From Bdellovibrionota bacterium (GTDB lineage Bacteria; Bdellovibrionota_C; UBA2361; CALJRW01), in the NCBI GenBank assembly GCA_041740355.1, contig JBGSMD010000030.1, positions 1 through 64,000 of the forward strand: a stretch of 64,000 nt of DNA, written 5' to 3'. The notes below the pieces were generated by a model. It saw nothing but the letters and a program-made list of their open reading frames with translations. It was not told the DNA's origin and did no database searches. Positions 8,942 to 18,835 of the stretch are shown here, in pieces. Each line of letters begins with the position of its first letter. The first letter of the stretch is position 1. Position numbers and translations under genes: made by a program.

Positions 8942-10273
8942 ATGTTGCAAGTACCAACCCAGAAGATTTTCGTATTAGACACCTCTGTTATCCTTTATGA
9001 CCATCAAGCGATAATAAATTTCCAAGAACATGATATCGCCATACCCATCACCGTCCTCGAAGAATTAGATCGTTTTAAAAAGGGCAATGAAGTTAAGAAC
9101 TTCTCAGCTCGTGAGTTTATCAGATTTATTGATAAGCTTTCCGAGGAAAATTTACTACAAGATTGGTTGCCGATGAATTCTCCCAGCAGTGGAAGATTTC
9201 GGGTATTAATCAAAGATGATATCACTAATGTTGATCTGAAGGGGCTGAATTTAGATCTTAATGATCATAAAATTCTAAAGTCGGCACTCGCCTTGCAAGA
9301 AGAAGAACCTAATAAATCGGTTATACTTGTTACTAAAGATATTGCCCTCAGATTGAAAGCTAAGGCCTTAGGTCTTGTTGCCGAAGATTATGAAACAGGT
9401 CGAGTTGATGATGTAGAATTAGAATACTCTGGTAAGTCTAGGGTTGAAAATTTAGATTCTGAGATCATTAATCACATCTACGAAGATCGCTCTATTCCAG
9501 GTGAATTAATTCCTTTTGATTTTGCCAAGCATAATCAGTACTTCATTTTAAAAAATGGAAAAAAGTCAGCACTGGCTCGTTATAATTCAATTCAAGAAGA
9601 ATATAATTTAATTGATAAGGTGACGGTTGCTGGCGTAGCTCCCAGAAATGCTGAGCAGATTTTTGCAATTAATGCTTTGATGGATCCAACTATCCCTCTG
9701 GTTACAATGCAAGGGACGGCTGGTACTGGGAAGACATTGTTAGCCTTAGCTTCAGCAATTGAACAGCGCCGTAACTTTAGACAGATCTATATTACTCGTC
9801 CAACTGTTCCATTAAGTAATTCTGACATTGGTTATTTACCAGGAGATATTAATTCTAAATTAAATCCTTATATAGAACCACTTTGGGATAATCTTAAATT
9901 TATTAAGAGTCAGTATAAGGAGACTGATAAAGAATTAAAGTTATTAGATGATCTGGTTACAGGTAAAAAGATTGAAATTTTACCATTAACTTATATTCGT
10001 GGACGAAGCTTATCAAATGTTTTTATTATTGTGGATGAGGCGCAAAACTTAACTCCGCATGAAATTAAAACAATTATTACTCGAGCAGGGGAGAATACTA
10101 AGATAGTTTTTACTGGAGATGTAAATCAAATCGATACTCCTTATCTTGATGCTCATAGTAACGGATTGTCGTATTTGATTGATCGCTTCAAAGGTAATCA
10201 GTTATTTGCCCATATTAAATTAGAGAAAGGGGAGAGGTCGGAGCTTGCTAACCTAGCTAGTTCTTTACTATAG
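8942..10273 (+). CDS. phoH: PIN-PhoH protein (PhoH2/YlaK type)
   Basis: N-terminal PIN (VLDTSV, EELD, NDHKIL, TKD) followed by GTAGTGKT, IGYLPG, RGRS, DEAQN and GDVNQID. Confidence 0.92.
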   Translation: MLQVPTQKIFVLDTSVILYDHQAIINFQEHDIAIPITVLEELDRFKKGNEVKNFSAREFIRFIDKLSEENLLQDWLPMNSPSSGRFRVLIKDDITNVDLKGLNLDLNDHKILKSALALQEEEPNKSVILVTKDIALRLKAKALGLVAEDYETGRVDDVELEYSGKSRVENLDSEIINHIYEDRSIPGELIPFDFAKHNQYFILKNGKKSALARYNSIQEEYNLIDKVTVAGVAPRNAEQIFAINALMDPTIPLVTMQGTAGTGKTLLALASAIEQRRNFRQIYITRPTVPLSNSDIGYLPGDINSKLNPYIEPLWDNLKFIKSQYKETDKELKLLDDLVTGKKIEILPLTYIRGRSLSNVFIIVDEAQNLTPHEIKTIITRAGENTKIVFTGDVNQIDTPYLDAHSNGLSYLIDRFKGNQLFAHIKLEKGERSELANLASSLL

Positions 10274-10414
10274 AAAGTCTAAAAAATAATTTACCTAAGG
10301 AAATTACTTTTTGGAGCTTTATATCCCCCGGAGGGATAATAAAATCATATAGTTATTACAAAAAAATGAGATATCTAATCTTATTTATACGTAATTTATT
10401 TTTTGGAATAACTA
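10269..10414. repeat. MITE-like family A, copy 1
   Basis: Near-identical to 31475-31621 and 38197-38343. Its TATAG terminus contains the phoH stop codon. Confidence 0.85.
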
Positions 10415-10455
10415 TTTAATAGCTTAGCTTTTGGGTTACTTTTTTGCGGGCACCT

Positions 10456-11328
10456 TTATTTACTCTTTATGATACTTAGATTGCTACAAGGCAACTCACG
10501 GCCGCTATCAGTTTCTTTTAGGTTTAATAAGATTTGTTCGTAAGAAGCTGTTTCTTTGAAATGATCCCAGAAAATATTACTTATGGAATTTGCAAATCCC
10601 TGTTGTAAATGACTGGTAAAATAAATGGCAAAGTTTTTTGGATCGATCACCTTAACTAGTAAACTTACTAAGTCAGGGAGAATGTCTTCTAAGTCCCAAC
10701 TCTTACTGCGAGTTACCCGACTAAAACTTGGTGGATCGATGATCACAACTTGATATTTTTTCTCGCGCCGAATTTCCTTGTTGATAAAATCTTCCGCATC
10801 TTCATTGATTAAGCGAATTGTTCCTAAGCCAGAGTTGGAATTAATATTCTCTTTAGTCCAGTCCAAGCATTTTTTATTAATATCGATGTGAGTAATTTCC
10901 ACGGTAGGGGTACTAAGGTAGATACTTGCCATTCCGGTGTAAGCAAAAAGATTTAAAATTTTAATCTTTTCTTTTCCCGCAATTTGCTGATTTATATTTT
11001 CAAGGTACTCATAATGCTCTGGGAAAATTCCAATTTGACCATTGTCTTGAAGGCGAAGGTTTAATTTTTTTTCTTTGCTAATTTGGATTGACCAAGTTTC
11101 AAGCTTCTTGGGATTTCTCCAGCCATTGTCGTGATGGAATTCAGCGCTAGCCTCAGCCCAAATATTTTTAGCTTTGCTCGGGTTCCAAATGGCGTGGCTA
11201 CAGGGACGAACTAGTAAATGACCTCCGAAACGCTCTAGTTTTTTTAGGTTACCTGAATCTACAAGTTGGTAGTCTAGGCTAATGTTTTGACAATTATCGG
11301 GAATATTCATAGTTTCTGTGTACACCAA
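10456..11328 (-). CDS. RlmI/COG1092-like SAM-dependent methyltransferase
   Basis: DSGNLKKLERFG, GIFPE, LNLFAYTG and IDPPSF motifs. Confidence 0.85.
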   Translation of the reverse strand: MVYTETMNIPDNCQNISLDYQLVDSGNLKKLERFGGHLLVRPCSHAIWNPSKAKNIWAEASAEFHHDNGWRNPKKLETWSIQISKEKKLNLRLQDNGQIGIFPEHYEYLENINQQIAGKEKIKILNLFAYTGMASIYLSTPTVEITHIDINKKCLDWTKENINSNSGLGTIRLINEDAEDFINKEIRREKKYQVVIIDPPSFSRVTRSKSWDLEDILPDLVSLLVKVIDPKNFAIYFTSHLQQGFANSISNIFWDHFKETASYEQILLNLKETDSGRELPCSNLSIIKSK

Positions 11329-11380
11329 AATTCTGAAAATGTAACCGTGTCGGTCGCATATCGATGTGAAGGTTTATCTT

Positions 11381-11785
11381 ATGAAAAAAATAGTAATTAT
11401 TTTAGGCTCTTTTCATAAAAGAGAAGTAGGGCTCATGTTAGATGAAGCTAGAAAGACAGCGAAAGAAAACCAGATGGAAATTATTGCTGAGATTTGGGTG
11501 CCTGGCTCTTTTGAAAAACCCTTAGCACTTAAAAAAGCTTTTATCCATTACAATCCAGACGCTGCCGTTGTTTTAGGTATTATTGAAAGAGGACAGACTA
11601 AACATGGATTAGTAATGGGGCATGCTGTTGCCAATGCGATCATTAATTTACAACTTGAATTTATGAAACCAGTTGGAATGGGTATCTTGGGGCCTGAAAT
11701 TCTACCAGAACAGATCGAACCAAGATTATTACCTTACGCTCGTGCCGCAGTTGAAGCTTTAAAGTATCAGATTGTCGACGCTTAA
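11381..11785 (+). CDS. ribH: 6,7-dimethyl-8-ribityllumazine synthase
   Basis: VPGSFEKP, LGIIERGQTKH and KPVGMGIL. ATG at 11381 is the likely start. No other rib genes are adjacent. Confidence 0.85.
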   Translation: MKKIVIILGSFHKREVGLMLDEARKTAKENQMEIIAEIWVPGSFEKPLALKKAFIHYNPDAAVVLGIIERGQTKHGLVMGHAVANAIINLQLEFMKPVGMGILGPEILPEQIEPRLLPYARAAVEALKYQIVDA

Positions 11786-11790
11786 GTTTT

Positions 11791-12093
11791 CTAATTATTT
11801 AATTCCGGAGCAAAGCTAACGCCACTACCACTAAATACTAATGTTCTTTGAACGGAATCTCCTGAAGCTTGATAAGCTATTCTATTTGCTACTGCTTGGC
11901 TTTCTGAGTCTAAATGTCTGCCGGATAATGTAGAACTTGACTCTCTACCTAAAGTTAAAACAGGCCCATTTATCTCTTCACCAAGGAATTTAACCGCAGT
12001 TTCTCTACTTGGTAAGTTTCCACGACTGAAACTACCACTTAATAGCTCTCTTGCTGTATCTTGCTTTTTTGGGTCTATTTTAAAATCAACCAT
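11791..12093 (-). CDS. Hypothetical protein
   Basis: 100-aa ATG ORF filling an intergenic gap; no recognised motif. Confidence 0.6.
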   Translation of the reverse strand: MVDFKIDPKKQDTARELLSGSFSRGNLPSRETAVKFLGEEINGPVLTLGRESSSTLSGRHLDSESQAVANRIAYQASGDSVQRTLVFSGSGVSFAPELNN

Positions 12094-12238
12094 AATTTTA
12101 GTTCCGTATGTAAATACATCTTATATTGTTATGATTCTGCTTCAGTTTTAAAGGTTGCAAAGTAATCAAATTTGTTTGTAACTGTTTTGTAATAAAAGCT
12201 ATTGCTCTAAGTGCTTAATATTATTAGTAAGTTATTTG

Positions 12239-12430
12239 TAGGTAGTCCAAAAAATAAATTACATTAAAAGACTAAGGATTTAGCTAGGACTCGCTATTTA
12301 TCTTCTTTTTAGCAATGCAAACTTGGATATCCGCCGTGACTTTTGCTTTGGAACCATAGGAATCAAAGATTTGCATTAGCCGTAATGACTCTGTCCAATT
12401 TACTAAGGTAAAGCATTTTATATCCTAGAT
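12239..12430 (+). repeat. MITE-like family B, copy 1 (right end eroded)
   Basis: Shares TGCAAACTTGGATATCCGCCGT...GATTTGCATTAGCCGTAATGACTCTGT with 26324-26519 and, in inverted form, 23610-23806. Confidence 0.85.
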
Positions 12431-12500
12431 AGTAGCTGTGGGGTTAGATCTAGCCTTGCTTTGGTATTTGTTAAAAGTTTTGGCTTTAAGGAAAGAAATT

Positions 12501-12539
12501 AAAAAAAAGGCTGCTAACTATTTCTAGTTAGCAGCCTTT
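12501..12539 (-). terminator. Intrinsic terminator of the dsbA-like gene
   Basis: AAAGGCTGCTAACTA/TAGTTAGCAGCCTTT stem followed by a T-run on the minus strand. Confidence 0.85.
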
Positions 12540-12560
12540 AAGCATTAATGATTAATTCAG

Positions 12561-13340
12561 TTATTGTTTTAACTGACGATCAATAATTGTTTGGAAGTGA
12601 CTAAGTGGGTAAGCACCTTTCACTAACACACCGTTGACTACGAATCCTGGAGTTCCAGAAATTCCAATTTTGCCAGCTTCTTTAGCATCATCATCAACTT
12701 GTTTGGAAAGAGCTGGATCGGCCATATCTTTCTTGAATTTATCAACATTAAGACCTAACTCTTTAGCAGTACTTACATATAGTTCTTCTCCTAAACCTTT
12801 TTGATTAGCAAATAACTTATCATGCATTTCCCAGAATTTTCCTTGCTTGCCAGCAGCCAAAGCAGCTAGAGCGGCAGGTTTAGCATTCTTATGGAATGGC
12901 AACGGTAAGTTTTTGAAAGCAACTTTTACATCTTTAGGGTATGCTTTTAAGATTTCTTCAACAGTTGCAGCACCACGGCTACAGAATGGGCACTCAAAAT
13001 CAGAGAATTCTACAACAGTAATCTTAGCATCTTGTGGTCCTTTTGTTGGAGCACTACCAACATCAACCTTAATCGGGTTTTTGAATTGGTCTTCTAAGCT
13101 TTGCTCTTCTTGTTTAGCACGATCTGCTTGAGCTTTTTGTTGTTGTTTTTGGAAGTAGGCTTGCATCGAATCACCGATTTTTTCCATTCCACTTTCAGTC
13201 TCTAAGTATGCTGCCATTGCTTTTGCAAAAGCTTCATTAGAGATTTCTCCACTTGGAGCAGCATCTATTTGCTGAGCTTGTTGACAAGCCAAAGCAATTA
13301 ATAGAAAGCTACCGGCAATAATCTGTTTAAATTTTGACAT
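12561..13340 (-). CDS. DsbA/thioredoxin-4 family lipoprotein
   Basis: Lipobox ALAC; VEFSDFECPFC, LPLPFH, GKFWEMHD and GTP motifs. Confidence 0.9.
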   Translation of the reverse strand: MSKFKQIIAGSFLLIALACQQAQQIDAAPSGEISNEAFAKAMAAYLETESGMEKIGDSMQAYFQKQQQKAQADRAKQEEQSLEDQFKNPIKVDVGSAPTKGPQDAKITVVEFSDFECPFCSRGAATVEEILKAYPKDVKVAFKNLPLPFHKNAKPAALAALAAGKQGKFWEMHDKLFANQKGLGEELYVSTAKELGLNVDKFKKDMADPALSKQVDDDAKEAGKIGISGTPGFVVNGVLVKGAYPLSHFQTIIDRQLKQ

Positions 13341-13408
13341 ATTAGTTCCGTAAATTAATAATTAGTTTAAAAAAAATAGGACATTATAACCAAGACGTAA
13401 ATAATGAT

Positions 13409-13602
13409 ACCCTCCGCAAATTAAATTTGTTTAGGGCGAGCGTAATCTTGGCTATGCCAAGTTACGCCGTAAAAGACAAAACCAATACTCACCGCTGATT
13501 AGCGTAGGGTTTGGTAGTGTTTTCTAAGGCAAAACCTGTCTTTAACATGATTTTGCTCGCTCACCTTCTTTTCATTTTTTATCAAAATGAAAAGAAGGTG
13601 AG
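13409..13602 (+). repeat. Structured dispersed element family C, copy 1
   Basis: Aligns with the reverse complement of 42379-42618 and partly with 36476-36540. Contains nested stems. Confidence 0.85.
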
Positions 13603-13999
13603 TATTTAAGCTTGGCTATATTTGCAATCCCCAATAAAGTAATCTTGATTGCTCCTGACTACTTTAAAATTTGTCCTAAAGGGGAGGCTAGCAACCTTAC
13701 CATATTACCTTCTATTTGTTAGAAAATAATCAAGTGTATTTGCCAATAAGAATCAACAACTATATACTTTATGCTCAATGAATTTATAGTCATTTGATTA
13801 CTTTTGTTGTAAACAATAAAAGTATAATCACGACTATAAAGTGTTAATTTTCGATTCCGAGCTGGTTAGCCAAGCTTGAAACTCGATAATTTCTACATCA
13901 ATGAACTTTTAAGTATATATTGACGTAACTCTTATACTTCAAGTTGGCAGATAACGCCAATTGGTTTTTTGGACTAATGACTAATATTCTATATTCAAT

Positions 14000-14569
14000 A
14001 TGAAAAAAATTATTTTACTTTTTACTTTAATTTTGGGTACTTACATGAATGCAAATGCAGAAAACATTAAAGCAACCTTAGAAACAACTAAGGGGAACAT
14101 TGAGATCGAACTATTTTCAGATGCTGTTCCGATGACTACCGCCAATTTTGTTAACTTATCTAAAAGAGGATATTACAATGGCTTGTCTTTTCACCGTGTT
14201 ATTCCTGATTTCATGGTTCAAGGTGGAGATCCAACAGGAACTGGCGCTGGCGGACCTGGTTATAAATTTGGTGATGAAACAAAGCCAAATTTAAAACATG
14301 ATGTTCCAGGAATACTCTCAATGGCTAATGCTGGACCAGGAACAAATGGCAGTCAATTTTTTATCACTCATGTTGCAACTCCTTGGCTTGATGGCAAACA
14401 CACTGTCTTTGGAAAAGTGTTAAAGGGTCAGGATATTGTAGACAGTATTGCCCAAGGGGACAAAATTACTAAAGTAGCATTAACAGGAAATGTCGATGCC
14501 TTGTTAGCTTCAGTTCCTCAGGTAAAAGAGTGGAATGTTGTCTTAGATAAAACATTTCCAGTGAAATAG
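14000..14569 (+). CDS. ppiA: Cyclophilin-type peptidyl-prolyl isomerase
   Basis: [29 protein letters not shown] and [11 protein letters not shown]-terminal signal-like stretch. Confidence 0.93.
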   Translation: MKKIILLFTLILGTYMNANAENIKATLETTKGNIEIELFSDAVPMTTANFVNLSKRGYYNGLSFHRVIPDFMVQGGDPTGTGAGGPGYKFGDETKPNLKHDVPGILSMANAGPGTNGSQFFITHVATPWLDGKHTVFGKVLKGQDIVDSIAQGDKITKVALTGNVDALLASVPQVKEWNVVLDKTFPVK

Positions 14570-14584
14570 TTGATCACTAGAATG

Positions 14585-14613
14585 AAAATCCGAAAAGTAT
14601 TTTTCGGATTTTT
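14585..14613 (+). terminator. Intrinsic terminator
   Basis: AAAATCCGAAAA-GTAT-TTTTCGGATTTT just after the ppi stop codon. Confidence 0.7.
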
Positions 14614-14721
14614 AATTTGGCCCACAACGTTTTTTTGCCTCCAGCAAATACAATCTTCACTTAATCAAAGCTTGGAACAACTAGGTATTATGTTTGATAA
14701 GCCTAAGTTAAAGAGTAAAAA

Positions 14722-15744
14722 ATGAGCTTGGAAAATATAATTGATATCAAAAAACAATTTCATTTAGAACAAGCAGCTGTTCTAGATGACGTACAACTCA
14801 ACACTTTTCGTCTAGCATGGTTAGGCAAAGAGGGGATTTTAAAGAAATTATTTTCCAAGCTTAAAGATGTACCGCTTGCCGATAAACCCACTTTCGCACA
14901 AGAGATTAATAGTCTGCGCGATCAAGCAGAAGAGTTTGTGCGCCTTAAACAAGAAGAGTTTGCCGCGGGACAGCGAAATAAAAAACTAGCTGAAGAGTAT
15001 TTAGATTTATCCCTACCAGCTAATTATTTAGGACTCGGAAAGGTTCACCCAATTCGTTTGGTAGAAAGAAAAATAACTAAAATTCTTAAGAAATTTGGAT
15101 TTAGCTTTGTTGAAGGGCCTGAAGTAGAAACCGAATATTATTGTTTTGATGCCCTAAATATTCCTAAACATCATCCAGCAAGGGACATGCAGGACACTTT
15201 TTTTACAGAATCAGGACATGTGCTTCGAACGCACACGACAGCAATTTTATCGCGAGAGTTAGAGAAAAAAAATTTACCACTGAAAAGTATTTATGCCGGA
15301 CGAGTTTATCGTAATGAAACGGAGGATGCTTCGCATCAAGCAATGTTTCATCAGTACGATTTAGTATGGATTGAAGAGGGAATTGGTCTCAGTCATTTAA
15401 TGGGTTTGATGGAAGCTATCTTAAAAGGTGTATACGGCCAAGAGCGAAAAGTTCGTTTTGTTCCAAAATTTTACCCTTACACTGAACCAAGTCTTGGGGC
15501 ACAAATTGATTGTGCTTTATGTGAAGGAAAAGGTTGTCCCGCTTGTGATGGTGCTGGATGGGTAACAGTTGCTGGTTCCGGAGTCGTGCACCAGAACGTA
15601 ATTAAAGAGTTTGGATTTAATCCCGATATTGTTGGTGGCATAGCTTTTGGATTTGGAACCTCTCGTCTCGCGGGTCAATTCTTTAATGCTCCAAATTTAA
15701 AAACTCTTTACGATGCAGACCTGCGTTACTTAGGAGCTTTGTAG
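14722..15744 (+). CDS. pheS: Phenylalanyl-tRNA synthetase alpha subunit, divergent
   Basis: LGKEG coiled coil, GKVHP, FDALN.P.HPARDMQDTF, LRTHT, GRVYR, FHQ, TEPS, a Zn-type CxxC/CxxC pair and AFG.G. Several conserved positions differ (see findings). Confidence 0.9.
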   Translation: MSLENIIDIKKQFHLEQAAVLDDVQLNTFRLAWLGKEGILKKLFSKLKDVPLADKPTFAQEINSLRDQAEEFVRLKQEEFAAGQRNKKLAEEYLDLSLPANYLGLGKVHPIRLVERKITKILKKFGFSFVEGPEVETEYYCFDALNIPKHHPARDMQDTFFTESGHVLRTHTTAILSRELEKKNLPLKSIYAGRVYRNETEDASHQAMFHQYDLVWIEEGIGLSHLMGLMEAILKGVYGQERKVRFVPKFYPYTEPSLGAQIDCALCEGKGCPACDGAGWVTVAGSGVVHQNVIKEFGFNPDIVGGIAFGFGTSRLAGQFFNAPNLKTLYDADLRYLGAL

Positions 15745-17780
15745 TGAAACTAGATTTAGCACTTTTAAAATCATTTATTACCCTACCAGAGATTGCACCA
15801 ACTGAACTACGTCATGTTTTTGATGATCTTGGATTGGAAGTCGAGGGTATTGAGGATGCTTTTGGAAAGGTAATTTTTAATATTGAGACTCTTGCTCATC
15901 GCGGTGATCACTTATCAGCACTAGGAATTGCGCGAGAGTTTGCAGCGCGTTATTTAAAACCACTAACATTTCCTGATTTACTTAATGAATTACCAAACAC
16001 ACCTTCAACAATTGCTATAAAAATTGATACTGAATTTTGTTTGGGATACTCACTATTAGCAATTGATTTACCTGATGCTTTGCAATTGGCTACTACAATT
16101 CATAAATATTTGGATCCAGAATCGGGACAACATCCGATTGTACAGTTATCTAATTTTGTTTTAACTGAGTTAGGACAACCGACACATGCTTTCGATGCCG
16201 CTAAGCTTGAAGGAGGTTTACAGGTTATTGTTAGTACGCAAGAAGAAGAAATTATTGGACTAGATCTCAAAAAATATTTAGTGCCAGCCAGCTCACTTTT
16301 AATTAAAGATTCTAAAAAAACAGTCGCTGTTGCTGGAGTAATTGGTTGTGCCAATTCTATGGTTACCTCAGAAACTAAGCAAGTTGTTATTGAGTCGGCG
16401 ATTTTTTGTCCAACACATGTTCGTAAAACTGCTCGTGCTATGGGCTTATCAACTGATGCTTCCTACTTATTTGAACGGGGAGCGGATATTTATTTGCCGG
16501 ATTTAGCTTTGCGACGAATTGCTAAATTGGTTTTAAATGCTAGGCCCTCAGCATTTAGTTCAGTTAAGAATCTTCCGCCACTTTTAAATTTAGAAATCGA
16601 GATTGGTCGTTTTAGATGGCATCTTAATCAACCGGAGTTATTACCGGCTAAAGTCCAAGAAAGGCTTTTAGCTCTTGGATATCATGTAGAGATTATCGGA
16701 GAAAAATTGAAATGTTTGGTTCCAAGTCATCGCTATTGGAATGTTAAAACGGAAGCTTGTGTAATTGAAGATTATTGTCGAACAGTAGGATATAACTCTA
16801 TTCCGGCAACGATTCCCCAAACCGTAATGCCTGATGTGCTAGATCATCCTAGTGAATTTTTAATTGATGCCTTTGAGCCTATTTTGACAGCACAGGGTTT
16901 CAATGAGGTAATTACACGTTCTTATTATTCCAATGATGAAGTAGATTTAATTGCTGAGCTTGATCAAGAACTTGCCAGTCAGCACTTAAAAATCATCAAT
17001 TCACTAGAAGGCGCTTATTCTAATCTAAAATTAACTAATATTCTCCACTTAGCAAAAGTAATTAATCGTAATTTAAGATTTAATATTCCTACTGTGAAAA
17101 TCTATGAGTTTGGGAGAATATTTAATAATCAAGGATTTCCTCAAACTCCCTATCAGTTAGAAAAAGATTTTTTAACTTTGGCTTTTGCTGGTCGTTGGTA
17201 TGATAATAGTTGGAAAAAACCAGTTGGGCTTGTGGAGAACTTAGCAAATTTTAGTGGTGTACTAACAAGTTTATTGTCAAACTTAAAGATTGATTTTCAG
17301 ATCCTTCCGAGTAAAAACCCTTTATTACATCCAGGACGACAATCACAAATTGTTTCTAATTCAAAAACACTAGCTGTCTTTGGTAGTATTCATCCGCTAC
17401 TTAAAGATCGCCTCGGATTTAAAGAGGAAATGATTTTTGCTGAAGTATTTCTTGATGAATGTTATCAACTTAAAAAAATAAAATCAGAATTTCAAATAAT
17501 TGACTATCCACCAATCAAGTGGGATTTAACATTTAAAGTACCTCGCCGAGTAGCAGCTTCTCGTGTTTTGCAGGTAATCGAAGAAGCGAATCCGCAATTT
17601 TTAAAATCGGCAGTGATCGTAGATTCCTTTGATAAACCAGATGAGAATTTCACACGTATTTCATATCGCTTTCACTTTCAAGAAGTATCGCGAACATTAA
17701 GTAATGAGGAAGTTGATCAAGTAATTGCTAAATTATTGGTAGACTTGAAGGAACAACATCAATTAGAAATTGTCAGCTAA
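15744..17780 (+). CDS. pheT: Phenylalanyl-tRNA synthetase beta subunit, short form lacking the B2 OB-fold, divergent
   Basis: GLEVE, RGDHLS..GIARE, GQPTHAFD, TDAS..FERG, LHPGR and the C-terminal ..RTL..EEV. GTG start overlaps the pheS TAG. Confidence 0.9.
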   Translation: MKLDLALLKSFITLPEIAPTELRHVFDDLGLEVEGIEDAFGKVIFNIETLAHRGDHLSALGIAREFAARYLKPLTFPDLLNELPNTPSTIAIKIDTEFCLGYSLLAIDLPDALQLATTIHKYLDPESGQHPIVQLSNFVLTELGQPTHAFDAAKLEGGLQVIVSTQEEEIIGLDLKKYLVPASSLLIKDSKKTVAVAGVIGCANSMVTSETKQVVIESAIFCPTHVRKTARAMGLSTDASYLFERGADIYLPDLALRRIAKLVLNARPSAFSSVKNLPPLLNLEIEIGRFRWHLNQPELLPAKVQERLLALGYHVEIIGEKLKCLVPSHRYWNVKTEACVIEDYCRTVGYNSIPATIPQTVMPDVLDHPSEFLIDAFEPILTAQGFNEVITRSYYSNDEVDLIAELDQELASQHLKIINSLEGAYSNLKLTNILHLAKVINRNLRFNIPTVKIYEFGRIFNNQGFPQTPYQLEKDFLTLAFAGRWYDNSWKKPVGLVENLANFSGVLTSLLSNLKIDFQILPSKNPLLHPGRQSQIVSNSKTLAVFGSIHPLLKDRLGFKEEMIFAEVFLDECYQLKKIKSEFQIIDYPPIKWDLTFKVPRRVAASRVLQVIEEANPQFLKSAVIVDSFDKPDENFTRISYRFHFQEVSRTLSNEEVDQVIAKLLVDLKEQHQLEIVS

Positions 17781-18835
17781 TGAAGAAGACTTTAAAAAAA
17801 CGCTTAACTACTCCCGAGACCTCAATTGAGATTCCTATGAAATGGGTTGGACCATTGCAATTTAAAGGTAATGTTTTGAGCGAAGCAGTTGAAATTCCAC
17901 TTGCTACTTTTGAAACACCTTTATGGCCCTCCGTTGATCGCGGAATCCGCGTAGCTAATCAGTCGGGCGGAGTTTTCGTTGCTGTCGATCAAGAATCAAT
18001 GACTCGTTCATTTGCAGTGGAAGCAAGCAGTTTGGAGCAAGCGGTCACTGCTCAACAAATAATCAAAGACAGTTTTAGTAAGTTTGAAGGAATAGTTGCC
18101 GAGAATAGTAGCTATGCCAAGCTTTTACGAATTGATACCGAAATTATTGGTCGGATTATCTTTATTCGTCTAGCAATTAATTCAGCCGATGCTTCGGGTC
18201 ATAATATGGCGACTAAGTCAGCTGAAGCAATTTTAAATCAGCTACTAACAGAAAACCAACAGCTAAAATACGTAACACTGTCTGCAAATTATTGTTCAGA
18301 TAAGAAAGTTTCTGCAGTTAACGGAATTTTGGGAAGAGGGCGAAGTTGTTTAGCGGAAATAGCTATCAGTCGCCAAGTATGTCACAAACTTTTACGCACT
18401 ACTCCAGAGACTCTTTGTGAACTTAATACTAAGAAAAATTTGTTAGGTAGTATTTTAGCAGGAAGTATTCGTAGTGCTAATGCCCATTTTGCCAATATGC
18501 TTTTGGCTACTTATCTAACAACGGGGCAGGATGCTGCCAATATCGTAGAAGGCTCACAGGGGATAACGTTTGCGGAAGTTAATAATGATCAGCTTTTATT
18601 TTCTGTTAAAATTCCTAATATTATCGTCGGAACAGTGGGCAATGGAAAAGGTTTAAGTTTTGTTCAAGAAAATCTATTAAAAATGGGATGCTTGACCGAG
18701 AACGCTAATGGTGAAAACTCTAAACGTTTAGCTGCAATAATTGCGGGAGCAGTATTATGTGGGGAGCTTTCGCTTCTAGGGGCGCTTGCAAATCCTGGCG
18801 AATTAATGAAATCACATCTAACATTAGAACGATGA
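17780..18835 (+). CDS. mvaA: HMG-CoA reductase (short bacterial class I type)
   Basis: PLATFETPLWPSV.RG, DASGHNM, NYCSDKK, SANAHFAN, GQDAANIVEGS, GELSLL and the C-terminal His. Confidence 0.9.
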   Translation: MKKTLKKRLTTPETSIEIPMKWVGPLQFKGNVLSEAVEIPLATFETPLWPSVDRGIRVANQSGGVFVAVDQESMTRSFAVEASSLEQAVTAQQIIKDSFSKFEGIVAENSSYAKLLRIDTEIIGRIIFIRLAINSADASGHNMATKSAEAILNQLLTENQQLKYVTLSANYCSDKKVSAVNGILGRGRSCLAEIAISRQVCHKLLRTTPETLCELNTKKNLLGSILAGSIRSANAHFANMLLATYLTTGQDAANIVEGSQGITFAEVNNDQLLFSVKIPNIIVGTVGNGKGLSFVQENLLKMGCLTENANGENSKRLAAIIAGAVLCGELSLLGALANPGELMKSHLTLER

